Below the pieces are notes generated by a model. It did no database searches. It was not told the DNA's origin and saw nothing but the letters and a program-made list of their open reading frames with translations. A DNA stretch of 61,533 bases, filler included. It is 5 parts of 5 records of this genome, joined end to end, with 100 filler letters (N's around TTAATTAATTAA, not from the genome) between each part and the next. Parts side by side here need not be neighbours in the genome. Positions count along the whole stretch, not along the records: positions 36,552 to 43,082 come from SRR2962707_3179; positions 43,183 to 52,010 come from SRR2962707_3180; 3 more parts are not named here. One strand, written 5' to 3'. Shown here one piece after another: positions 38,916 to 48,816 of this stretch (position 1 is the stretch's first letter; every line of letters starts with the position of its first letter). Made by a program: the position numbers and the translations under genes.

Positions 38916-41900
38916 ATGAGTACCCCACCCCACCAGAACACTGCGGGCCACGCCCGTGACGGCCTTGCGGAACGCCGCCGCGTCACCGCCGTTCTCGGCC
39001 CGACCAATACCGGAAAGACCCACCTCGCCATCGAACGGATGATGGGGCACGAGACCGGCATGATCGGCTTGCCGCTCCGTCTCCTTGCGCGCGAGGTCTA
39101 CGACCGGGTCGTCAAGGTAAAGGGAAGCCGCGCCGTCGCGCTCATCACGGGCGAAGAAAAGGTTCTGCCCGCATCCGCGCGATACTTCATTTGTACGGTC
39201 GAGGCGATGCCGCTCGAACGGGAGGTGGACTTTCTCGCGATCGACGAAATCCAGCTCGCAGCGGATCGCGAGCGCGGACACACCTTCACCGACCGCCTCC
39301 TCCGCGCCCGCGGACATTCGGAAACCATGGTACTGGGCTCCGAAACGGCGCGCAGCCTCATCCAGAAGCTTCTTCCCGATACGCATTTCATCAACCGCCC
39401 CCGCTTCTCCGAACTGTCATGGACCGGCTCGAAAAAGATCACGCGGCTGCCGCGGCGCTCGGCCATCGTCGCCTTCTCGGCAGACCAGGTTTATGCCATC
39501 GCCGAACTCATAAGGCGGCAGCGCGGCGGCGCGGCCGTCGTCATGGGAGCGTTGAGCCCGCGCACGCGCAATGCGCAGGTCGCCCTTTATCAGTCCGGTG
39601 ACGTCGATTTTCTGGTCGCCACCGACGCGATCGGCATGGGCCTCAACATGGACGTCGATCACGTCGCCTTCGCCTCGACGCAGAAGTTCGATGGACGGCA
39701 GCACAGGTCGCTTCATGTGCCTGAGCTGGCGCAGATCGCCGGGCGCGCGGGACGGCACATGAACAACGGCACTTTCGGCACGACGGGAGACGCCACCGCC
39801 TTGTCCGACGAGACCATTTCACGCATCGAGAACCACCAGTTCGAGCCGGAGCGTGTGTTCCAGTGGCGGAACCCTCATCTGGAGTTCGCAAGCATCGGAA
39901 GGCTGATGCAGAGCCTCGAGGCCCCGCCGGGCCGCGCGGGCCTCGTGCGCGCGCCGATGGCGGACGATCTGGAAGCGCTGACCCGCATGGCCCGCGATCC
40001 CGACATTGAGGCCCGTGCTCGCACGCCGCACGCGATCCGCAAGCTCTGGGAGGTCGCGCAGGTGCCGGACTTCCGAAAGACGCTTGCGAGCGAGCATGCG
40101 GCCCTTCTGGGGAAGCTCTTTCTTTTTCTTATGGAAACGGGCGGCGACACTCCCGCCCGCATCCCCGATGACTGGATCGGCCGGCAGATCGGCACGCTGG
40201 ATCGCTCGGAAGGCGACATCGACGTGCTGGCCACCCGGCTCGCGCATATGCGCACCTGGACCTACGTAGCGAACCGCGCTGACTGGCTTCATAATCCTGC
40301 GCATTGGCAGGAGCGCGCGCGTGCGATAGAGGATAAGCTATCTGACGCGCTCCACGAGCGATTGACGCAACGGTTCGTCGACCGGCGCACCAGCGTATTG
40401 ATGAAACGTTTGCGTCAGAATGAGGATTTTATGGCGGCTGTGAACGGCGACGGTGAGGTTCTGGTCGAAGGCGAATATGCCGGACGGCTCGAGGGATTTG
40501 TTTTCGTGCCCGATCCAAGGGCGGAAGGCGAGCAGGGCCGCATTCTCCGGTCAGCAGCCGACCAGGCGCTGGCACCGGAGATTGCAGCGCGGGCCCAGAA
40601 ACTCGTGACGGCGCCCGATGCCGACATTTCACTCTCGGAACACGGGCGCATCGTATGGGCGGGTCATCCCGTTGCCGAACTCAAGGGTAGCGACAATATC
40701 CTTCAGCCCCGCGTCGATCTGATCGCCGGCGAAGAACTGAACGGCCCTGCCCGCGAAAGCGTTCTGGCACGTCTCGATGCGTGGCTGAAGATGCATGTCG
40801 TGAACACGCTTGGTCCCCTCGTTGCGCTGCGCGATGCAGCCGACATCGAAGGACTGGCGCGCGGCATCGCTTTTCGTCTGGTCGAAAGTCTCGGTGCCCT
40901 GAAACGCGAACAAGTCGCCGAAGACGTCCGCACACTGGACCAGGCCGCGCGCGGTCAGCTTCGCAAGCATGGGGTTCGCTTTGGCGCCTACTCCATTTTC
41001 ATGCCTGCCCTGCTGAAGCCCGCCCCGGCCCGCCTGAAGCTCATCCTTTGGAGCTTGTCGAGAAAAGAGGCGGCCGACCCCTTTGCCGATCTGCCACCGG
41101 CCCCGACACCCGGCCTGACTTCGGTGCCCGCCGATCCGGCGGCGCCCGAAGAGTTCTATGGCGCAATGGGGTTTCGTGTTTGCGGAACACGCGCCGTCCG
41201 TCTCGACATGCTGGAGCGTGTCGCCGACATGATCCGCCCGGTCATCGCCGCGCGCGGCTACAATGGCGGCTTCGTCGTCACGCCCGACATGATGTCCCTT
41301 GTCGGTTGTTCGGGAGAGGAGTTCGCGGGACTGCTGCGCGGGCTTGGCTACCGCATGCAGGTCGAGAAGATCGTGCCGCCGAAACCCGCCGCAACCGAAA
41401 CCGCGGAAACAGCCACCGCCGTCACCGCCGCCGAAGAACCGGCTGCCACTCCCGCACCGGAAGCTCCGGCGGAGGAAGAAGCCGTGGTTGAAACAGACGC
41501 GGTTGAGACAAATCCAGTTGAGGCCAGCGCCGTCGAGGCAAATGCAGCCGACACGGCAGCAGTCGAAACGGCGCCCGCCGCAGAATCCACAGGCGAAGCG
41601 CCGCGCGAGGAGCCATCCGCCGCTCCAATACCTGCCGTAGGCGAAACCCTGGCCGGCGCCGAACCTGCCGCCACGCCGGAGGTTGCTGCGGATGAGCCCG
41701 TCGATATGGAAATCTGGCGGCCGTCGCGGCGGCGTCATGGCGGTGGCCAGCACGCCGAGCGCAAGCCGCGCCGCGAAAAGCGGAGCGAGGACAGCGGCCA
41801 GACGACGCGAAAGGATGAAAAGCCGCAACGCCGGAACAGCCGTTCCGAGCAGCGCAGCGACGCGAAACGGAAGCCCCAGGATCGCAACCAGGACCGCAAA

Positions 41901-41987
41901 CCGGAGCGGAAACCGGAACGCCAGCCAGACCCTGACTCGCCCTTCGCGGCCCTCGCCGTGCTCAAAGAGCGCGGCCGCGGCAACTGA
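38916..41987 (+). CDS. SUV3/MgpS-like SF2 helicase
   Basis: GPTNTGKT, DEIQ, ATDAIGMGLN, QIAGRAGR; low-complexity tail ending DPDSPFAAL. Confidence 0.9.
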   Translation: MSTPPHQNTAGHARDGLAERRRVTAVLGPTNTGKTHLAIERMMGHETGMIGLPLRLLAREVYDRVVKVKGSRAVALITGEEKVLPASARYFICTVEAMPLEREVDFLAIDEIQLAADRERGHTFTDRLLRARGHSETMVLGSETARSLIQKLLPDTHFINRPRFSELSWTGSKKITRLPRRSAIVAFSADQVYAIAELIRRQRGGAAVVMGALSPRTRNAQVALYQSGDVDFLVATDAIGMGLNMDVDHVAFASTQKFDGRQHRSLHVPELAQIAGRAGRHMNNGTFGTTGDATALSDETISRIENHQFEPERVFQWRNPHLEFASIGRLMQSLEAPPGRAGLVRAPMADDLEALTRMARDPDIEARARTPHAIRKLWEVAQVPDFRKTLASEHAALLGKLFLFLMETGGDTPARIPDDWIGRQIGTLDRSEGDIDVLATRLAHMRTWTYVANRADWLHNPAHWQERARAIEDKLSDALHERLTQRFVDRRTSVLMKRLRQNEDFMAAVNGDGEVLVEGEYAGRLEGFVFVPDPRAEGEQGRILRSAADQALAPEIAARAQKLVTAPDADISLSEHGRIVWAGHPVAELKGSDNILQPRVDLIAGEELNGPARESVLARLDAWLKMHVVNTLGPLVALRDAADIEGLARGIAFRLVESLGALKREQVAEDVRTLDQAARGQLRKHGVRFGAYSIFMPALLKPAPARLKLILWSLSRKEAADPFADLPPAPTPGLTSVPADPAAPEEFYGAMGFRVCGTRAVRLDMLERVADMIRPVIAARGYNGGFVVTPDMMSLVGCSGEEFAGLLRGLGYRMQVEKIVPPKPAATETAETATAVTAAEEPAATPAPEAPAEEEAVVETDAVETNPVEASAVEANAADTAAVETAPAAESTGEAPREEPSAAPIPAVGETLAGAEPAATPEVAADEPVDMEIWRPSRRRHGGGQHAERKPRREKRSEDSGQTTRKDEKPQRRNSRSEQRSDAKRKPQDRNQDRKPERKPERQPDPDSPFAALAVLKERGRGN

Positions 41988-41992
41988 CTTTC

Positions 41993-42424
41993 ATGAAAGA
42001 CGAGACCGGACAGCCGGGACAGCGCATCGACCGCTGGCTCTGGTGTGCGCGCTTTCTGAAGAGCAGGTCACTCGCCGCAACCTTCGTCCAGACAGGCCGT
42101 CTCAGGGTCAATGGTGACCGCATTTCGCGGGCAAGCCGCCTCATACGGCCCGACGATGTTCTCACCTTTCCGCTCGGCCCCCATATAAGGGTCATCAAGA
42201 TTGTCGCTCTGGCCACCTGCCGGGGCCCAGCGCCCGAAGCGCGGCAACTCTATGAGGACCTCGATCCGCCATCCGAACGGCCACCTGAAACATCGCCGTC
42301 GGGCACTGCGTCCGATGCTGGCAGGCCGACAAAGAAGGAACGCCGGGAAATTGTTGCGTTGAAACGGCAGCGTAATTCACAATATTCGCTGTGGTTGAAT
42401 ACGTCTTCCGTATCGTGTAGGTAA
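41993..42424 (+). CDS. hslR: S4-domain RNA-binding protein (Hsp15)
   Basis: RIDRWLWCARFLKSRSLA, RGPAPEARQLYED, GRPTKKERR. Confidence 0.88.
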   Translation: MKDETGQPGQRIDRWLWCARFLKSRSLAATFVQTGRLRVNGDRISRASRLIRPDDVLTFPLGPHIRVIKIVALATCRGPAPEARQLYEDLDPPSERPPETSPSGTASDAGRPTKKERREIVALKRQRNSQYSLWLNTSSVSCR

Positions 42425-42431
42425 AATTAGT

Positions 42432-42896
42432 ATGTTGACGACACTCAAATCCTTTCTGCTCGGCGCCCCGAAGGAGCAGCTTGAAGAAGCGGACAATCTC
42501 CAGGTCGCCGTCGTGGCCCTGCTGATCCGCGCTGCAACCTCCGACGCCGAGTTCGGCAGCGAGGAGCGCGACGCAATACGCCGGATTGCAACCGAGTCCT
42601 TTGGGCTTGCGGCAGACGAGGTGTCTGCCCTTGTCGCGGCAGCCGAAGGAGAGGAAGCCGAAACACTCGATCTTCACCGCTGGACACAGGCGATCAAACA
42701 GGCATACAGCGAAGAGGAACGTGTCGGCCTTATCGAGAAAATGTGGGAAGTCGTCTATGCCGACGGCGTTCTCGACGACTACGAAGCCAACTTGTTGCGG
42801 CGCGTCGCGGGCCTGATATACGTTCCCGACCGCCAGTCCGGGGAAGCGCGGCAGCGCGTGATGGTCCGGCTTGGAATACCGCCCCGGAAAGACTGA
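42432..42896 (+). CDS. TerB family protein
   Basis: ALLIRAATSD..EE, MWEVVYADG.LD.YE..LLRRVAGL. Confidence 0.8.
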   Translation: MLTTLKSFLLGAPKEQLEEADNLQVAVVALLIRAATSDAEFGSEERDAIRRIATESFGLAADEVSALVAAAEGEEAETLDLHRWTQAIKQAYSEEERVGLIEKMWEVVYADGVLDDYEANLLRRVAGLIYVPDRQSGEARQRVMVRLGIPPRKD

Positions 42897-42962
42897 TTTA
42901 CGTTTCGGGATATCCCGTTTGAAGTGCGGACGGCGCGTTCCGCCGCACGACTGGAGAGTGCG

Positions 42963-43082
42963 ATGACCTATATCGTGACCGATGCCTGCATCCGCTGCAA
43001 ATACATGGATTGCGTCGAAGTCTGCCCCGTGGACTGCTTCTACGAGGGCGAGAACATGCTGGTCATCCACCCCGACGAATGC
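42963..43082 (+). CDS. fdxA: Ferredoxin, 5' part
   Basis: [26 protein letters not shown]. Confidence 0.95.
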
Positions 43083-43182
43083 NNNNNNNNNNNNNNNNNN
43101 NNNNNNNNNNNNNNNNNNNNNNNNNNTTAATTAATTAANNNNNNNNNNNNNNNNNNNNNNNNNNNNNNNNNNNNNNNNNNNN
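43083..43182. other. Artificial contig linker
   Basis: N44-TTAATTAATTAA-N44. Confidence 0.99.
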
Positions 43183-43212
43183 CCCCTCTGGGGAGAGGGC
43201 TGGGGTGAGGGG
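43183..43212. repeat. Partial REP-like intergenic repeat at contig start
   Basis: GGGAGAGGG-CT-GGGGTGAGGGG resembles the common proteobacterial CCCTCTCCC/GGGAGAGGG repeat class. Confidence 0.55.
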
Positions 43213-43255
43213 TCTTGAGCGGACGCGGTTTACACGGCCTAGCGGCAGCCCGCCC

Positions 43256-44239
43256 TCAATACACCGTCGTCAGGATTTCAACCTCACGCGGGCTGCCGGC
43301 AGAAACCTCGAATTCGCGGTTGTAGACATTCTCGCCAAGCTTGGCCAAAGCCAGATAGTCGCCTTCGGCAAGCACCGTGGCCGGGAATGCTCCGATGTCG
43401 GAAAAGATCGTCTCGCCCTGTGGCGTCTTGATCGTCCATTCGACGTCGGCGATCGCTTCGCCGCCGTCTTCGGAGACCAGCCGCAGCGCAACCTGCGCGG
43501 CCTTTTGGTACAGCGTGGCCTCGGTGATTTGCCCCGGTTCCACCCGCAACTCGGTGCGCACCACGGCATTGACCGAACCGAAGCGCGAGGTGATCGAATA
43601 AATGCCGGCGTTGAGGTGGATGAGTTCGTTTGCCGCCACGTCTTCGGCGACGGTGACGCGCCCGTTAGGCCCGTTGGAATAGATGTCGAAGCGCAAGAGG
43701 TCGCTGGGGATCGGCACGTCGCCCGAGATCATCGCCGAAAGCCGCAATCCCCCCACCTCGAAAACGATGGTATGGGTGTTGGGGCCGGGTTCGACAAACA
43801 TCGTGTCGCTGGCCTGGGCCCGGCCATAGGCCACGTGCATGATGTATTCCCCCGGGGGCAGGCTAAGCGATGCGGTGGCATCCTCCGATTTTGCGACCAG
43901 CGCCAATTCGCCGGTCTCGTCGGTTCGCGTGTCGAAAACGCGCCAGACCAGACCGTCGGGAATGAACGGGCCGTCATCGGTCAGCCGGGCGGAAAGCGTT
44001 ACCGGTTGGGGATCGGTGATGCCCGAAAAGTCAGGCCGGTCCGGCCCCGCGTCGGGTCCGTCGCTTGCGCCATCGGAGCCGGTCTCGTCCCCCGAATCGG
44101 CGGACTGGGCCGTGCCGCCGAAGTCAGCCGGCCGGGGTGGGGGAACCGGGGCGACAAGCGTTTCATCGATTTCCTGACCGGAGGCCGGTATGGCGCTGAA
44201 CGCCAGAACAAAAAGCAAAAGCAGGGACCGAAGGCGCAT
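43256..44239 (-). CDS. Exported protein with repeated beta-rich domains, function unknown
   Basis: Signal peptide, acidic/Pro linker, three repeats of L(P/N/A)xG(E/I/D)Y. Confidence 0.75.
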   Translation of the reverse strand: MRLRSLLLLFVLAFSAIPASGQEIDETLVAPVPPPRPADFGGTAQSADSGDETGSDGASDGPDAGPDRPDFSGITDPQPVTLSARLTDDGPFIPDGLVWRVFDTRTDETGELALVAKSEDATASLSLPPGEYIMHVAYGRAQASDTMFVEPGPNTHTIVFEVGGLRLSAMISGDVPIPSDLLRFDIYSNGPNGRVTVAEDVAANELIHLNAGIYSITSRFGSVNAVVRTELRVEPGQITEATLYQKAAQVALRLVSEDGGEAIADVEWTIKTPQGETIFSDIGAFPATVLAEGDYLALAKLGENVYNREFEVSAGSPREVEILTTVY

Positions 44240-44353
44240 CAAACCACTCTTTACCAAATACTCCTCGCCAGCGATCACTCTGTTAGGCTTGGATTGGGGA
44301 AAAGCTGTGTCATAAGGGAGCGCGATGAGCAAGTTGGGAGCCGATTATCTGTC

Positions 44354-44932
44354 ATGACTGTGAACACCGCCTTGCGCGACTACCTTTTATCTCGACGCAC
44401 CGTCACTGCGCCTTTTCTGGCCGGGCCCGGCCCATCGCCGGAACAATTGGCCGAGATGTTGACCATTGCCTGCCGTGTCCCCGATCACGGCAAGCTCGCG
44501 CCCTGGCGCTTCGTTGTCTATGAGGGCAAGGCACGCGAGGTGGTCGGTGATCGGCTCTACGGGATCGCCAAAGCCAATTGGCCCGAGCGGAACGAAGAAC
44601 AGCTCGAATTTGAACGCAGGCAGTTCCTTCCTGCCCCCCTGACTGTCGGCGTTATCTCGACGGCCGCGCCGCACGTCAAAATCCCCGAATTCGAGCAATT
44701 GCTGGCCGCCGGCAATGTCGCGTTCAACCTCTGCCACGCCGCCAACGCCCTTGGCTTCGGCGCTCATTGGGTCACCCGGTGGTTCGCCTATGATGCACAG
44801 GCCGCAGAAATGCTGGGTGCCGGATTGGGTGAGCGTTTCGTGGCGTTTGTTCACATCGGCTCCCCGCAGACCCGGCTCGAGGAGCGCGACCGGCCCGATC
44901 CTGTGGCGTTGACCACATATTGGCGTGGTTAA
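44354..44932 (+). CDS. Nitroreductase family protein (YdjA-like)
   Basis: SRRTV, RVPDHGKLAPWRF, ALGFGAHW. Confidence 0.9.
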   Translation: MTVNTALRDYLLSRRTVTAPFLAGPGPSPEQLAEMLTIACRVPDHGKLAPWRFVVYEGKAREVVGDRLYGIAKANWPERNEEQLEFERRQFLPAPLTVGVISTAAPHVKIPEFEQLLAAGNVAFNLCHAANALGFGAHWVTRWFAYDAQAAEMLGAGLGERFVAFVHIGSPQTRLEERDRPDPVALTTYWRG

Positions 44933-44944
44933 CCGGGAGTTAAC
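44929..44944 (+). promoter_or_regulatory. CtrA full binding site
   Basis: TTAA-CCGGGAG-TTAAC = TTAA-N7-TTAAC, about 50 bp upstream of the transglycosylase gene. Confidence 0.75.
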
Positions 44945-44991
44945 CACGGTAGGGTTTCATTAACTTTCCAAGGATTGTTGAGTCGGATTTC

Positions 44992-45807
44992 ATGGCCTCC
45001 CCGATTTCCAACGTGCCGCAACCCATCGCCTATGCCCTCGACCGGGCAGGGGCACGCAATGGCGTGGATTTCGATTATCTCCTGCAGACGGCAATAAGAG
45101 AAAGCAGCCTCAACCCGAGCGCCAGGGCGCAGACCTCATCGGCCACAGGGCTCTTTCAGTTCATAGAGAGCACATGGCTCGAAGTGATGAAGGACGAAGG
45201 TCCGCGGTTGGGCTATCAGGATTTCTCCGACCACATTCAGGAGCATGAAGGCGAGTTTTTCGTCTCCAATCCGGAGGTGCGCCAGCAGATCCTCGAGTTG
45301 CGCAACGATCCACAGGTGGCGTCCGACATGGCTGCGGCGTTTACCCGCCGCAATGGCGATTATCTGATGGGCAAGTTCGGGCGCATGCCCAGCCCGGGCG
45401 AACTCTATATCGCCCATTTCCTTGGGCCGAGCGGGGCCGAGCGGTTTTTCGAGCTCGGATTGCAGGACCCCAACGCAGATGCGGCGGCGGCCTTTCCACG
45501 CCCGGCTGCCGCAAACCCTTCGATCTTTTACGAGAATGGCCGCCCGCGCAGCGTGCGGGAGGTCTATGAGGCGCTGGTGGCGCGCCACTCGGGGACTGAC
45601 AACGCGGCCTTTGCCGCCCAGCAGATAGCCAGCCAGCGGCCCTTGCCCTCGCGGGTGGAGATCGACTCGGCGCCGTTGATTCCGCCCGGCGTCTCCTTCA
45701 CCTCGCTGTTTGCCACCGAAGCACAATCTTCGGTATCAGCGCCTGTTCAGACGCCAACGGCGATTCCGGGCCGCGCGCTGTTCAGCGGGTTTTATTCGGA
45801 CGAATAA
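44992..45807 (+). CDS. Lytic transglycosylase (SLT) domain protein
   Basis: TAIRESS, SSATGLFQF.ESTW, LYIAHFLG. Confidence 0.85.
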   Translation: MASPISNVPQPIAYALDRAGARNGVDFDYLLQTAIRESSLNPSARAQTSSATGLFQFIESTWLEVMKDEGPRLGYQDFSDHIQEHEGEFFVSNPEVRQQILELRNDPQVASDMAAAFTRRNGDYLMGKFGRMPSPGELYIAHFLGPSGAERFFELGLQDPNADAAAAFPRPAAANPSIFYENGRPRSVREVYEALVARHSGTDNAAFAAQQIASQRPLPSRVEIDSAPLIPPGVSFTSLFATEAQSSVSAPVQTPTAIPGRALFSGFYSDE

Positions 45808-45888
45808 TCTTCGTCGTCTTCGACCGGTTTATGGTGAACCAAAACTTAAACCTTGCGGGCTAGTTTGGACCTCAAGAGTGTTTTGGGG

Positions 45889-47097
45889 ATGCGTATGGTC
45901 GCCTATCAGCGTTATGTGCAACTTTCGCAATCGCGCGACAGCGAGGAGCGGGGGCAGGCGGCTCATCTGGCCGCAATGGCTTATCTCGCCCATCGTGGTC
46001 CGGCCGACGAGCAGGCCGCGCTTTATGCTGCGTTGATGAATTTTCTCGACGACCCGTCCGTCAAGGTTCGCGCTGCGCTGGCCTATGGGCTGCTGCATTC
46101 CGAAAACGCGCCGCGCCCGATCATGCTCTCGCTGGCGCAGGACGCACCGGTCATTTCCCGCGCCGTGGTCCAGTTCTCGCCCGTGCTGCTCGATGCCGAT
46201 CTGATGGGCATCATCCGTTCGGGCGACCCCGATATGCTGGCCGTAATGACCGCCCGGCCGACGCTGAGCCAGCGTGTGGCGCTGGCGCTCACGCGGCTGG
46301 GCGATCCGGATTTGTGCATTCGCGTTCTGGGCCGCAACGATATTGCCCTGCCCGAGGACGACCTCGCGCTGTTGACGGAAAAATGGGGCGAGGATGCAAA
46401 GGTGCGCGGGGCATTGCTCAAGCGCCGCGATCTTCCCGGTATAGCGCGCTTGCACCTTGTCGAATGCGTTCGTCAGGCGCTTTCCGGCCTGCGCGTCGTC
46501 AAGGGCGCTGTCCAGCCGCGCCGTCTCGAGCGGCTTTTGCGCGATGCGTGCGACAACGCAACGACGGCGATTGGCGAGCGCGAAGCGGGCAGGGGCGCGC
46601 GGGGCTATGCCGCAGCCATGTCCGAGGGCGAAAAAATCAATGCGCGCCTGATGCTCCACGCCATGGTGCATGGGCATGTGCTGTTTTTCGCTGACGCGTT
46701 GTCCCATTTGTCCGCCACGCCACGGGCCAAGATCTTCACAATTCTCGACAGCGGCAGCCGGGCTGCCCTGCACGCGGTTTTCAGTCGCTGCGGCTTCACT
46801 CCAGCCGTTCGGAACCTGTTGGCCCGCCTCGTCGCCCATGCGCGGCAGGCCGATCTGGCCGACGATGTAGCGGCGCGCCACTATGTGGTTTCGCTACTGA
46901 TCGAGGAGTTGATTGCCGAGCATGACGGCGTGCTGCCGACGGCGCTCGAAGAATCGTTTGCCTATCTCAACGAGCAGAATATCGCGCTGGCCCGCAGCGC
47001 GGCACGGGGCGTGATGCCCGCCTTTGCCGCCGAAGCGCCCGACGAGATCATGGTGCCCGATCTTCGCCAGCAGCGCCTGGCGCTCCCGGCGGCCTAG
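45889..47097 (+). CDS. DUF2336-family protein
   Basis: LDDPSVKVRAALA, SPVLLDADL pattern. Confidence 0.75.
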   Translation: MRMVAYQRYVQLSQSRDSEERGQAAHLAAMAYLAHRGPADEQAALYAALMNFLDDPSVKVRAALAYGLLHSENAPRPIMLSLAQDAPVISRAVVQFSPVLLDADLMGIIRSGDPDMLAVMTARPTLSQRVALALTRLGDPDLCIRVLGRNDIALPEDDLALLTEKWGEDAKVRGALLKRRDLPGIARLHLVECVRQALSGLRVVKGAVQPRRLERLLRDACDNATTAIGEREAGRGARGYAAAMSEGEKINARLMLHAMVHGHVLFFADALSHLSATPRAKIFTILDSGSRAALHAVFSRCGFTPAVRNLLARLVAHARQADLADDVAARHYVVSLLIEELIAEHDGVLPTALEESFAYLNEQNIALARSAARGVMPAFAAEAPDEIMVPDLRQQRLALPAA

Positions 47098-47099
47098 CG

Positions 47100-47876
47100 T
47101 CAGTAGCGAAACTGTTCGATCAGTACGCGCTCGTCGAGGCTGTGGCCCGGATCGAACAGCAGCGTCGATGAATGGCGCCGGCTTTCATGGACCTGCACCT
47201 CGACGACATTGTCGAACTGCACATTATCGGCAACCGCGCTGACGGGCCGTTTGCCGTTTTCCTGGGTGGTGAAGGTGATGTTGGCCCGGTTCGACAGAAT
47301 CGCCCCGCGCCAACGCCTTGGGCGAAACGGCGAGATCGGCGTTAGCGCCAGCAGCGGTGCGGTAATCGGCAGGATGGGACCATGGGCCGAGAGGTTATAG
47401 GCGGTCGATCCGGCCGGGGTTGCCACGATGATGCCGTCGCAGATCAGTTCTTCGAGGCGGGTTTCCCCATCGATGGCGATGCGGATCTTGGCCGCCTGGT
47501 AGGACGAGCGATACAGCGAGACTTCGTTGAGTGCCAGCGCTTCGGAAACCTTGCCTTCGGTATCGGTCACCCGCATCGAAAGGGGATGGATGCGGGTCGG
47601 CAAGGCAGCACGGAGCCGGACGTCCAGCGCGTTGGCGTTGTATTCGTTCATAAGGAAGCCGATGGTGCCGAAGTTCATGCCATAGACCGGCACGTTGCGG
47701 TCCATGACCCGGTGCAGCGTTTCGAGCATCAGCCCGTCACCGCCCAACGCAACGACGATCGAGGCATTTTCGATCCCCGCGTCGCCGTGGCGTGATATCA
47801 GTTCCTCCCGGGCCGCATTGGCTTCGGGTGTGTCAGAGGAGACAAAGGCAACCTTGCCATCGGTATAGAGCGCCAA
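47100..47876 (-). CDS. nadK: NAD kinase
   Basis: [31 protein letters not shown]. Confidence 0.95.
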   Translation of the reverse strand: MALYTDGKVAFVSSDTPEANAAREELISRHGDAGIENASIVVALGGDGLMLETLHRVMDRNVPVYGMNFGTIGFLMNEYNANALDVRLRAALPTRIHPLSMRVTDTEGKVSEALALNEVSLYRSSYQAAKIRIAIDGETRLEELICDGIIVATPAGSTAYNLSAHGPILPITAPLLALTPISPFRPRRWRGAILSNRANITFTTQENGKRPVSAVADNVQFDNVVEVQVHESRRHSSTLLFDPGHSLDERVLIEQFRY

Positions 47877-47936
47877 GGTATCCTCCGCAGAACCGTATTC
47901 GCCAAGACTGGCAAGGCCTTACCACGGCAAGCTATG

Positions 47937-48533
47937 TCAGCCAATCGGTTTGGACTGCTCGGTAACCTGACGGATCGACCAGGCGAGATAGCCGATTGCC
48001 GCCCCGATGGCGATAAGTTGCAGGCCAACGAATAAGGCGATCAGCCAGGGGGCAGCGGTTTCAAGGTTGATGATCAGGATGATCGAGAGGATCACGCCGA
48101 GCACGCCGCTGAGCAGCACCCAGAGCCAACCGATAATGGGGCGGATAGTCAGCGCCCAGACGACTTTTGAGACGCCTTCGATCATGAAGAACACGACAAG
48201 CAGAAGGCCAAAGGTTACGAGCGATTGCCCCGGATTGCGCAGGATGAGAAAGCCGATCAGCAGCGCCAGCACGGCCGAGATCAGTTGCAGCCAGACATAG
48301 GGCGTGTGCCGGGCCGAGATCAGCCCAACGCCCTGGAGAATTCCGCTGGCGACCAGCAACCACCCGATCGCCCCGATGACCGCCTCGGCCGAAAATATGG
48401 GAGAGACTATCGACAGCAGCCCGGCGAGAACAAGCAGCCCCGCCTGCGCCAGGTAAAGAAGGGAAAACCGCCGAACGCCCTCCCGCATTGCCTGACGATA
48501 GAGTTCTGCCGCAGCGTCCATCGAGATGGTCAT
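47937..48533 (-). CDS. HdeD/DUF308 family membrane protein
   Basis: Six TM segments with internal repeat. Confidence 0.75.
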   Translation of the reverse strand: MTISMDAAAELYRQAMREGVRRFSLLYLAQAGLLVLAGLLSIVSPIFSAEAVIGAIGWLLVASGILQGVGLISARHTPYVWLQLISAVLALLIGFLILRNPGQSLVTFGLLLVVFFMIEGVSKVVWALTIRPIIGWLWVLLSGVLGVILSIILIINLETAAPWLIALFVGLQLIAIGAAIGYLAWSIRQVTEQSKPIG

Positions 48534-48606
48534 GATGATCGAGCCTCCGCCTGTTCGGCGCAAGACTAGCTCATTCCGTGCAATAGGCAAATCGGCTGGA
48601 AAATCG

Positions 48607-48682
48607 TGGTGCCGGCAGCAGGACTTGAACCCGCGACCCTCTGATTACAAATCAGATGCTCTACCAACTGAGCTATACCGGC
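48607..48682 (-). tRNA. tRNA-Thr (anticodon TGT)
   Basis: Minus strand GCCGGTATAGCTCAGTTGGTAGAGCATCTGATTTGTAATCAGAGGGTCGCGGGTTCAAGTCCTGCTGCCGGCACCA: cloverleaf with encoded CCA. Confidence 0.97.
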
Positions 48683-48816
48683 AACGGAGCGGTTGCTAGC
48701 ACCAGTCCCGCTCCGATGCAAGGATCATGGCGCTGTGTGGTTACGAGATTTGTTGCTTTATCCTCGCCCCCGGCGCTACCCATTACGATCAACGCAAAAC
48801 GAGGACCGCCCGGGAC

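Noticed and set aside
40629-41828. Long antisense ORFs (here and opposite many other genes, e.g. 4809-5894, 37753-38748, 48673-49695)
   Set aside because: Expected shadow frames in GC-rich coding DNA; no motifs.
43205-44932. 575-aa ORF suggesting a long N-terminal fusion to a nitroreductase
   Set aside because: The first ~380 codons are the antisense shadow of the minus-strand exported-protein gene; the nitroreductase starts at 44354.
48607-48682. tRNA-Thr as an island integration site
   Set aside because: No duplicate of its 3' end and no integrase seen on the contig.
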